DNA of 64,000 nt from Octopus sinensis (lineage: Eukaryota), in the NCBI RefSeq assembly GCF_006345805.1, contig NC_043007.1:23436001-23500000 (forward strand), in the 5' to 3' direction. Under the pieces are notes generated by a model. It was not told the DNA's origin, did not search any database, and worked only from the letters and a program-made list of their open reading frames with translations. The position numbers were made by a program, and so were the translations under genes. The stretch's first letter is position 1. Every line of letters begins with the position of its first letter. Below, one piece after another: positions 53,001-64,000 of the stretch.

Positions 53001-53489
53001 ATATATATAATATATATATATATAATATATAATTATATATATATATATATATATACACATGTATATATATATATATATGTATACATACAAGCACATTTTC
53101 GATAAAACCACGCCGCAGTTTATGGCATGTAGCAAAAGCGACTTTTTTTTCCAGTTAGTGCCTTTCACCAATCTCAGCACTCGTTAGTACGTCCTACCAT
53201 AGTTTACATACTTTTGTCACTGAAGCTCCAATTAGTCTAGCGCTGCTATACGCCTTTGAGTAGAACAATAGCAAAATGCTTTAGAAATGTTTCCATGCAT
53301 TATGTATATAGATGTGTGTGTATGTCAGTGTGTGTGTGTGTGTACACACAGAAATGTCCATTGATGGGTAAACACACAGACACATAAGTTAACCCGAATG
53401 TAATGCAAATGTTCATAACATTTTTAACTGACAGATCGTTCAAATTACATATGACAGTAAAGTAAGCCTCTCTCTTTCTCTCTCTTTTT

Positions 53490-53524
<35 letters not shown>

Positions 53525-53529
53525 TCCTC

Positions 53530-54560
53530 TACAACTCAACATAGCCTCCATTCAAAAGCGATGCATTTATGCCATCGTTAAACACAAATAATCTCTGAAA
53601 AGAATTCGGTGTGCGCTGTAATGAACACTCCTTCACAGCCGCTTATCACCTCATCTATGTCATAAAAGCGTAGCCCCACGAAGACTCTCCTCTGTCGAAC
53701 TGAACAGATGGAAGTCAGAGAGCGCCAGATCCAAATTGTACGATAGATGGAGGTCTACAGACCTGTCTCATTTACTTGCTGACTGGTTTGTTACCGAAAA
53801 TGTACATGGCTACGCAGTACTTTGGCGCATGTAGATGATTTCAGATTTCTCCTAACGACTTGTGTAAGCTTTTGGGGAGTTAGTATACCACTCACTGTTC
53901 ACTATACACCCACCTTCCAGAAAATCAGTGAGTATGATGTTGTTGTCCCTGCCTCTCCGAATGTCGCCATGACTTCCTGAGCAGATCGCTGGCTTCCGCT
54001 TCGAGGAAACAGTGTAACGTTATTTGAGGGATAGAGCTTTTGTTTCCGGATCATACCGATGCGGCCATGCTTCATCTCCTGTCACCAAAATGAGAGAGAG
54101 AAAAAACGTATCTTCCTGGCTTTAAACGCTTCCAGCAGATCAGAGCAGACTTCCACCCTTCTCTCTTTCCAATCGGATATCAACTGCCGAGGTGCTGAAT
54201 TTTCCAATACCCACAGTTTTTCACCATCTTTTGTAACATATTATGATCACAGTCAAATCGTGCAGCAAGCTACGGATTTTGATTCGTCTCTCCGCATGAA
54301 TTAATTCGTCCACTTGCTGGTGGTTCCTGGCAGCAGTCGCAGTTGATGGTCTCCCACTGCGTGGTTTGTCTTTAATGCCGGTCTACCTCTTTCAAATTCA
54401 TCCATCTGTGCACATTGCTCTTGTCATTGGTGTTATCTCCGTAAGCAACCTGCAGCCTTCTGTGAATTCCGGACAAACTGAAGACAGCTCGATGCTTCTG
54501 CTTGGAACCCATTATCTGACTGAAATGAAGAAAGGCAGGAAGAGGAGTTACGAGAGAGAA
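53530..54560 (-). pseudogene. Mariner (DD34D-type) transposase remnant
   Basis: IHRRLQVAYGD..VTGDEAWPHRYDPETK..ILTDFLEGG..LDLALSDFHLF..YDIDEV..RWHKCI, with many stops and frameshifts. Confidence 0.75.
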
Positions 54561-54681
54561 TGAGTCACTCTACCAATATGTGCCACTTGAACCACCTATA
54601 TCGTTTAATGAAAAGGTATTCCCATTTTGCATCACTTTCGAGGTAACTCTCGCATGTGTGTGTGTGTGTGTGTGTGTGTGT

Positions 54682-54715
<34 letters not shown>

Positions 54716-57348
54716 GCACCCCGATGTTAAAAAAGCATTCTTGGAAATTTCACTGTGACATGAATTTCCCTAGCACAAAATCTATTTTTCATTGATTTCT
54801 ATTCTATATGGAACTCAGTAAACATAAAAGTTTCGTACTGCAGAATTCCTCATTACAGAAAGATCTGCAGGAATGAAAAGCTTCCAGAACACAGAGAATG
54901 CCTTTGTGCGTGTGTGAGTGGGATAAATGCATCGATGTATTTTTGTGTGTATAAAATTATATACAATGGAACAGCGTTAGACCTTACTCTATTGAGCAAG
55001 ATATCAGATGAACAGAACGAAAAATAAGTCAAGATAGTGACTATCAGTGTTAATTTCCGCTGCCATCTTTGAGTCTCAGTGGTTTAGAAGCATATTTTAT
55101 ATTCTGAGTGCATATCCACCAAAGATGGCTAATTCTTCTTAAATAAAAACTAAATTTTCAGTCCCCTGATATGAAATATATATACATTTTTTTGTTCTGA
55201 GACAGCCCTGCTTGCCCCGCATTTAGTTTTATCTATGTACAGGAAAGACTGTAGAATAATGGAGCCGTAAGAAAATAAGGACTGAAGGCAAACTTTTCGC
55301 TACTCCACATCCAATTATTTATTTGACATTCTTCAGTAAAACACATACTATCTTCTTTATTGCACTATATACGACCCATTGACAAGCTTTCCCTTTATTT
55401 CGCCTAGTATTCGAAATCATTTACACTCTTTTTCCTGTGCTTCTTTTTGTCATCTTCGCCCTATTACTAACTCTTTATTATTCGCTTTCATACACTCGTC
55501 AAATAAATATTACGTTTTCGTGGTGAGAAATAGTAAGTATAAATTCGTTGAAAATTTATTAACTCAAACTTGTTTCTGTTATAATTTTATTTTTACAGAA
55601 CCATGTATAATTTATTTTTTATCTAATAATACACACTAAGGGACAAATATTAAATCAGTTCGAAACAGACTACACTTTGTATGTTTACTTTTGTGTAATA
55701 TGCTAAATTAGTAGGTTTAGCATATTTCAGTGCCCTCTGTAGCAATAACCACCAACCCAAAACAACTTGTGCTGCTTTGCAATTTTCCTTGATATTTCAG
55801 AGATTTGACAATTTTTACAGCTCTCAAGGAAAATAAATCTAAAGAAATATGTGCATCTCTGCGAACTGATACTGGAATTTATAAGGAAGTTAAAGGCTGA
55901 CACTTCAATGAAGAGAATTTGTGAGAGTATGATCATAAAAAGCAAACACTTTCGAATATACGCTAGGCTAAGGACAAACCCATGTGTTTTCTTTGGTGCA
56001 AAGTCTATAGCATTATTTATTTGAGAGTAGTAAAAGATACAAATATTTAGGGTGTAGTGTCGAAGTGGGTTATGTGTCCATATTTTTGTTGTAACAACGT
56101 CCGTTTTGTAGAAACTTAGAGTTGCTGCGGGCGGCACTAAGAATATGGGTCATTGGATCATCATAGCTCTACTAATTCATATTTCCATTATATAAAACTC
56201 TTCTGTCATCTACCACAGGTAAAAGAAATTAACAATCTACAGTATTAAATTTTGAATTTTTAAATTATATAATTAATCTTAAATAATTTATAAAATCTGT
56301 TTTTTTATTGTATATAGTTATATGATATTTATCGCATGTTCTTCCATTTTTAGTGTTTATATAAGTCTAATATCGTATAAACATAACATATTAACCCTGC
56401 AATCGGTTGACTTAGACAATCGATAAAAACAAACAACCGCTTCCCCAATGTGTTCGATTTAATGAGGGTTCGCTGAACATGTTTGTCACCTATCATCACA
56501 GTTTGACAACTGGTGTTAGTTTGTTTCGGCAAAACAGACCGATAAAATATGCACCAGATTTTAAAAAGTAAGTATTGGGGTCTTCAATGCGGTGTTCCAG
56601 CATGGTCGCAGTCCACAGACTGAAACAAGTAAGAGAAGATAAAAGGAAATTAGATCAAATTTCTTTTCGAAACAGCAATAATCAGATAATGAATCACCAT
56701 TGGTTAGTATAACTACTTACTGATTACAAATACACCATCTAACGGTGGTGCATTAAATTCATTGACTTATAAACAGAATAAGTTCTGCTTTTCGCTGTAG
56801 ACTGGGGAGTTTTCATAAGCGAACAATATATAACTGACACGTCTGAAAAATACTTTCATTGTTACTTTTTTTGTTGTTCTTTAATACTTCAGAACCAGCA
56901 GAATCATTAACGCACCGGTATTTGTTCTGGTTTTACATTTGGAGTTCAAATTCTACCGATATCGACTTTGTTTTTCATCCTTCCAGGGACGATAAAAAAA
57001 AGTACCAGCTGAACACTGGAGTCAATATAATCGACTAGCCCCTCCCCACAAAATTTCAGACTTTGTGCCTATAGTTTAAGGAACAATTTTTTTTCAAAGA
57101 TATCAGTTGTCTACGTTTGTCAGTAACATTGTTTTGTCTTGCGTGATTAATCTAATTTTTAGGAAAATGATTTCAAAATATAACTCCTTTGTTTTTTTGT
57201 TTTTTTTTTTGCCATTGCTAACCAACCACATGGTTCCGGGTTCAGTCCCACTGCGTGGAATCTTGGGCAAGTGTCTTCTGCTATAGCCCCGGGCCGACCA
57301 ATGCCTTGTGAGTGGATTTGCTAGACGGAAACTGAAAGAAGCCTGTCG

Positions 57349-57424
<76 letters not shown>

Positions 57425-58005
57425 TTGTGTGTCTGTGTTTGTCCCTCTAGCATTGCTTGACAACCGATGCTGGTGCGTTTACGTCCCCGTCACTTAGCGG
57501 TTCGGCAAAACAGACCGATAGAATAAGTACTGGGCTTACAAAAAGAATAAGTCCCGGGGTCGATTTGCTCGACTAAAGGCGGTGCTCCAGCATGGCCGCA
57601 GTCAAATGACTGAAACAAGTAAAAGAGTAAAAGAGTAAGTATGAACAATGAATCTTGTAAGAACTTTTGGACAGCTGTCTTATGAAGAGTTGCTGTGTGT
57701 AATTAAAAGTGTTAAACCAATACGTGACCAGAAACTGCAGTGGTTGTATGATTCTTTTGGAGATGAAAAGAAATGCACTTTTATACATCTCATGCTTCTT
57801 GTGTGCTATATCAAGTGAATGTGTGTTTGTAAGAATCTGACATTAAGACTTTTGTCTCAGGAATGCATGAAAATGCTACAACGCATTGTCTCTGCGTGAT
57901 AAGGAGGTTTGTTGACAATTTACTTCATTCATGCACTCTGCCTTTCCAGAGAATTTACTCACGGAAAGTGACTGACATATATATATATATATATATAGTG
58001 TGTGT

Positions 58006-58105
<100 letters not shown>

Positions 58106-58855
58106 TATGCTATACTAGTAAACGCCATATTTATCGCTGTCCAAAAGTTTCAATGCAATCATGAAATTTAGTATTTTTCTCTGTATTTTGACATGTGAAA
58201 AACTAATTACCTATTAGACATTTGTAAGTGGGAAAAACTAATTAGACGTTTGTAAGTGGTAGAGTTGATTTTATTACATATTATATACATATATAAATGG
58301 CTAAATATTATTTTATACTTTCATCTATTATTTGACATTCAGATAGTTCAAACAGAACTTCAATATTATATAAAATTATAAGGCAGTGATAAATCGTCCG
58401 TCTTTATGTTCTAAGTTCAAATTCCACTGAGGTCGACTTTGCCTTTCATCCTTTCGAGGTCGATAAGATAAGTACGACTAGCTCCATCCTCCGAAATTGC
58501 TGGGCTTGTGCCAATTTTGAAACCAATATTATATAAAATTATGAAATTCGCATTTCCATAAAAAAAAAATTAACTTTTCACTTTGCGTGGCAATGGACGT
58601 CTTTCCGTTCAGGAAGATATCGGCTCTCAGCTAAACCAATTTGTTAGTGCTTTGTAGAAAGCGTTGTTCTAAAATAAACTTCGTATTTTTTGGTAATTTT
58701 TGGTAATTTTCAAGAGCTTTTAGTTCCCCATTTCTCTGTATCCGAGTTCAAATCTCGTTGATATTCAATTTTTCTCCTGTTTCTCAAACATTTGTGACAC
58801 AAGACGAACGCTTCAATCAATAACCCATCAAAAGAAATCTCTGTCTCTCTGTCTG

Positions 58856-58900
<45 letters not shown>

Positions 58901-59182
58901 TTCATTCTGTATGTATATATACATGCATTCCTAAGCGTGTGTGTGTGTACGTGTATGTATTTACATACATATACGTCTGATTCTCCTCCCTACCTCTGAG
59001 GCTCATGTAACATTCGTTTGTTCCTCCTATGCTGCCTCCCTATAAGACTGCGTTTTACTTTTTTCCTATTCTTCATCCTCTTTTATTCTTCATATATGCT
59101 CTCTCTCCCATATCTCTCCCCTATCTCTCTCTCCCTCTCTCTCTCCCTCTCTCTCTCCCTCTCTCTCTCCCTCTCTCTCTCC

Positions 59183-59234
<52 letters not shown>

Positions 59235-59315
59235 TACTACTTCATTTTTTCTTCACTGAATGATAATTGTTACGAATGATGTCATAGATATCGCTATTTA
59301 TTTCTCTCCCCCTAC

Positions 59316-59360
<45 letters not shown>

Positions 59361-59919
59361 CTATCCCTCTCTTCTTTACCTCACAACACTTACTGCTCTT
59401 CATGGACCTTGAAAACATTTTCGCGTCTGAAGCACAAGAAACATGAACAATTGAAAAATAGGTGGAGGCGAAGAAAAGAAATAAACAATATTGTTATCTA
59501 TTTCTCTTCTCTTACAACTTTACTTTCGTTAATTCTACCCACTCTCAGTCTCCCTCACTCTCTCTCGCTCTCCCTCTCTCTCTCGTTCTCTCTTAACACT
59601 GCTCTTCTTAAACATTTGTCAGTATTTTCAGAGGTTTCGCATCAAAAGTTAGTTTTTAGAAAAGTCACAAAAACACTGCCTTTATTTACATTCCCATATA
59701 TTGTCACTCGAATCGTAAGCCCTACCATCTTTTGAAGTCCCATTTTTACTTTTACTTTTTGACATTATGAGCCGCAGCTCAGTACCAAACGGTAATAATT
59801 TCATTCTACAACATCAGCGTTTGTGTACAGTTTTCATTGTTCGTTTTTGTAGAGAAGTTTTTTTTTTCGGTCTTGTTTAACAAGAAAGGCCACAGAAAAT
59901 TTTAGCTCATCTACAAAGT

Positions 59920-60170
59920 TATATGCTGCCGAGCGCAATCGATTCTGCTCTGAGGGCAACAGAATCAAATGAAAAGTATCATCAAAGACTTTAAGCTAAT
60001 GCTGCCGGAAAAGCAGCTCGCAACAACACATAGCCAATCATTAAACGCCACTTCAGCGCTTGACCAGGCAAGAACCTCAAAGATAAAAACTAGCAAAGGC
60101 AAGACTCCAGCCATACCTGCATGAGCTGTGGAAAAGAAGTGTCGTCAACTAGGATCCTAGGCATGATTGG
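59920..60170 (+). mobile_element. RTE-like LINE C-terminal remnant
   Basis: Degenerate ..TCMSCGKEVSS.. zinc-knuckle-like end. Confidence 0.4.
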
Positions 60171-60389
60171 TTTGGATTAGATTACTTATGTTTAGTCCAC
60201 AGCAGGACGAAGGTCTTAACATGTTTTCTCCACCAAACATAGTCTGTTGTGGAGGCCGTGAATTTGAGCTTGAAATCATACTGATTTGATGAACTTATTT
60301 TGAGCCACTTGTTCGACACGGCTTAGCAAAAGGATGCAGTTTTTCACTTATACCCAGGAAAAATGAGATGAGGAAAAATAAACACAAAT

Positions 60390-60862
60390 AAAGCTGTGCT
60401 AATAATCCTTTCTACTATAGGCACAAGACCTGAAATTTAGGGGGAGGGGGAAAGTCAATTACATCGACCCCCAGTACTCACCTGGTTCTTATTTTATCGA
60501 CCCCGAAAGGATGAAAGGCAAAGTTGACCTCGGCGGAATTTGAACTCAGAACGTGCAGGCGGACGAAATGCCACTAAGCATTTGTCCCATCGTGCTAACG
60601 ATTCTGCCAGGTCGCCGCCCTAAGCTGCACTAATAATCCTTTTTACTTAAGGCACAAGGCCTGAGATTTGGGCGCAGGGGACTAGTCGATTACATCGACA
60701 CCATTGTTTCACTGGTACTTAATTTATCGACCCCGAAATGATGAAGGATAAAGTCAACTTCGGCGGAATTTGAACTCAGAAGACGGACGAAATGCTGCTA
60801 AGCATTTTGTCCGACGTCCAAACGATTCTGCCAGCTCACCGTCTTAAGCTGTGCTAATAATA
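60390..60862 (-). mobile_element. Two diverged SINEs in tandem separated by three copies of one target sequence
   Basis: aagctg(tg/ca)ctaataat at ~60391, ~60622 and ~60847. Confidence 0.8.
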
Positions 60863-61418
60863 TGAATAAGTATTATAATAATAACGATATTACATATAAA
60901 AAGTGAAATAATTGTAGAAAATGGTAAATATGATAATGGTAATAATGAAAATATCAATAAAAACAAAATAATTTTTTTAATGATACTAATCAAGAATAAG
61001 ATATTCTTTTCTACTCTAGGCACAAGGCCCGAAATTTTGGGAGAGGGGGGCCAGTCGATTAGATCTACCGCAGTACGGAACTGGTACTTAATTTATCGAC
61101 CCCGAAATGACGAAAGTTAAAGTCGACCTCGGTGGAATTTGAACACAGAACGTAAAGACAGACGAAATTAATCATGAATAAGATATTAAGATTGCAAAAT
61201 AGATAAAATAAAGGTAAATAGTTGTGGAATTAATTTATATTACTTTAAGAAAATGCTTCAAAAATGCATTTATAATGAAAAAAAAAGTATTTTTTAATAA
61301 ACTAGCTCTATAGTTTTGAAGTGGATGAAAGTGAACAGGGATTAGGAAAAGAGAGTCACGTGGTTAAGTAAATCAGTAGAATTAAAAATTGAAACAATAT
61401 ACCATGTAATGGATAGGT

Positions 61419-61501
61419 TAAGGAGTGTGGTACATTAGCAGTGTGGTACGTAAGGAGTGTGGTACGTTAGCAGTGTGGTACGTAAGGAGTGTGGTACGTA
61501 G
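61419..61501. repeat. 16-bp alternating minisatellite (A-B-A-B-A)
   Basis: taaggagtgtggtacg alternating with ttagcagtgtggtacg. Confidence 0.9.
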
Positions 61502-62457
61502 GACTTGGTGTTGGGTAGTCTAGGCCTTTATATAAACGGGGAATTTTGTTTTGATTTTTCCTTCCTCCATAAACCGTCCTGATACACACTTGTCTTCTTT
61601 CAGGGGAGTCACAAAACATTGCCATATTGAAAGAAGACAAACACCAAATACGTGTAAGCATGTGTGTGTGTATGTGTGTGTGCGTGTGTGTGTGTATGCA
61701 TGTGTGTGTGTGTGTGTGCGTGTGTGTGTGTATGCATGTGTGTGTGTGTGTTTGTGTGTGTACATACATATTTCTTTATTACCCACAAGGGGCTAAACAT
61801 AGAAGGGACAAACAAGGACAGACATAGGTATTAAGTCGATTATATCGACCCCAGTGCGTAACTGGTACCTAATTTATCGACCCCGAAAGGATGAAAGGCA
61901 AAGTCGACCTCGGCGGAATTTGAACTCACAACGTAACGACAGACGAAATACCGCTAAGCATTTCATCCGGCGCGCTAATGTTTCTGCCAGCTCGCCACTG
62001 TAGCATAATGACTGGCTAATATTAAACTCAACGAATCTAATGCTACAAATTTCCTGATGTATTATTTCTAATAACCACTTAAAGCTTCTTGCTAGATCCA
62101 ATTAAATATTTGACCTTAATAAGCCTCAACATGGAATGAGCCAAACAGCGGAAACAATAAAAGTCGATGCAATTCCATACAAACAGTAGAAGAACCCTAC
62201 ACCTCAAGGTTTATAAACTCTGATGCAATCAGTATGCTGAAGAACACACTCAAGACTGGGCTGAAAAGCAACATGTGTATGTATATATAGTATATAGATA
62301 TATATATATAGATATATAATATATATAGATATATATATATAATATAGATAGATAGATAGATAGATTGATAGATAGATATAATATACATAATATATATACT
62401 ATATATACACATATATATATACATATATAAATATATATACATAGGTATATACATATA

Positions 62458-62498
<41 letters not shown>

Positions 62499-63220
62499 TA
62501 ATATATATACATATATACATACATATATATATACACACACACACACACACTCACACATATACTTATATGTATATATATATATATATTCATTAATTCTTTT
62601 ACATGTTTCAGTCATTTGACTGCAGCCATGCTGGAGCACCGCCTGAAAGAAATCAACCCCAGGACTTATTCTTTGTAAGCCTAGCACTTATTCTATGTCC
62701 CCGCTAAGTTACGGGAACGTAGACACTCCAACATCGGTTGTCAAGCGAGGGTGGGGGAACAAACATAGACAAAGACACACGCATAAATATAAATATACAT
62801 ATATATATATGGGCTTCTTTCAGTTTCCATCTACCAAATCCACTCACAAGGCTTCGGTCGGCCCGAAGGTATAGTAGAAGACACTTGCCCCACAAAATGC
62901 CACGCAGTGGGACTGAACCTGGAACTATGTGGTTGAGAAGCAACCACGAGATGTTGCATTAACAGATAAGATTTGATTTAACCTAGCAATCCGCATGCGT
63001 AGAAATTTCGATGTTATTTTGAAAAGTTTATGATTGCTGGAGGTTTACAGGGAACCATGGAATACTAAATTCCTTTTGAAATTTATTTTCCCGAGAGCAT
63101 TTGGCTCTGGGTACCGTTAAATTCTACATAGGTGATATTGAACGTGCATTTCTTAGGACAGAACATCTTTGAAAGCCTATTCTTTCTTATAAATTTGTTA
63201 CCTTATTTTACTTTGAGAAT

Positions 63221-63480
63221 CTATTTCTTTACTACCCACAAGGGGCTAAACACAGAGGGGACAAACAAGGACAGACAAACGGATTAAGTCAATTACATCG
63301 GCCCCAGTGCGTAACTGGTACTTAATTTATCGACCCAGAAAGGATGAAAGGCAAAGTCAACCTCGGCGGAATTTGAACTCAGAACGTAACAACGGACGAA
63401 ATACCTATTTCTTTACTACCCAGACGAAATACGGCTACGCATTTCACCCGGCGTGCTAACGTTTCTGCCAGCTCGCCGCC
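63221..63480 (-). mobile_element. tRNA-derived SINE with an abortive second unit
   Basis: TSD tactttgagaatc; 17-nt re-copy of the 3' end at 63405-21. Confidence 0.85.
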
Positions 63481-64000
63481 TTTTCTACTTTGAGAATCAT
63501 TAAGTATTATTTTTATATTTACGTCAAAAAGTGAACACGCTCTAGGAAGAGTTACATAGAAATTGTCCAGAGAAAATACTATTTCATGAATAAATTGTGC
63601 ATTTTTCTCGAATGTTTATTCTTGAGACTTATTGTTACCGAAAACGTTAAACTTAACGAAAAGCGATCTCTGTTTAAAACAAGAGGAAAATCAGTAACAC
63701 TTGAGCAGAGTTTTATAGATGAAATTTCCTGCTTCTGTGCAAGTTTCTTTGGACAGCTAATCGTTTTCCAGCTACATGATCCTACTAAATGGATAAGAGC
63801 ATAACAACTGTACCACGCTGTTAATTAAATTTATAAAGTGACATTCTATCTGGAGCGAGTAGATTCAAAAAGTCGGGTGAATAGCTAATTCTGTCTTCTT
63901 CCTTCTTTATGTTACCACTTAAACACGGTGCTGTTTCTCTCAGGAATGTCTCCACTGCTTCGTTAAATATTTAGTCGCAATTTCCTGGAGTTAATAGAAT

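Noticed and set aside
55727-56137. 136-aa hydrophobic ORF
   Set aside because: No recognisable domain; AT-rich composition explains it.
63010-63070. FMIAGGL resembling the cyclase YMVxGG motif
   Set aside because: No KVETIGD upstream, an early stop, and no splice sites.

Overview
This is AT-rich, microsatellite-saturated eukaryotic DNA. The SINE families and repeat landscape suggest an Octopus (coleoid cephalopod) genome; that is an inference from recall, not a database result. Only one gene segment is firm: a + strand 780-bp coding exon (32623-33402, followed by GTAAGT) encoding the H-NOX heme domain and start of the H-NOBA/PAS domain of an atypical, Gyc88E-like soluble guanylate cyclase. 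It has His104, the YxSxR motif and the O2-binding-type distal Tyr143. I found no further exon, so 33403-64000 is probably one intron of more than 30 kb. The rest is three tRNA-derived SINE families, remnants of R4/Dong, RTE, L1/Tx1 and Penelope-like (PLE) retroelements, Tc1/mariner pieces, MITEs, a non-autonomous Helitron and many microsatellites. The most striking unannotated signal is a set of short elements, mostly sitting in (TA)n arrays, carrying minimal type-I hammerhead ribozyme (HHR) motifs with self-complementary stem III. There are at least four sequence-distinct families plus decayed ones. Several occur as fold-back (inverted) pairs, and one lies beside a PLE GIY-YIG C-terminus. Also notable are a SINE trimer with recurrent GAAATA/TATTTC junctions inside one TSD pair, and a distant-branch-point signature upstream of the sGC exon. 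Coordinates were counted by hand and element edges are approximate.
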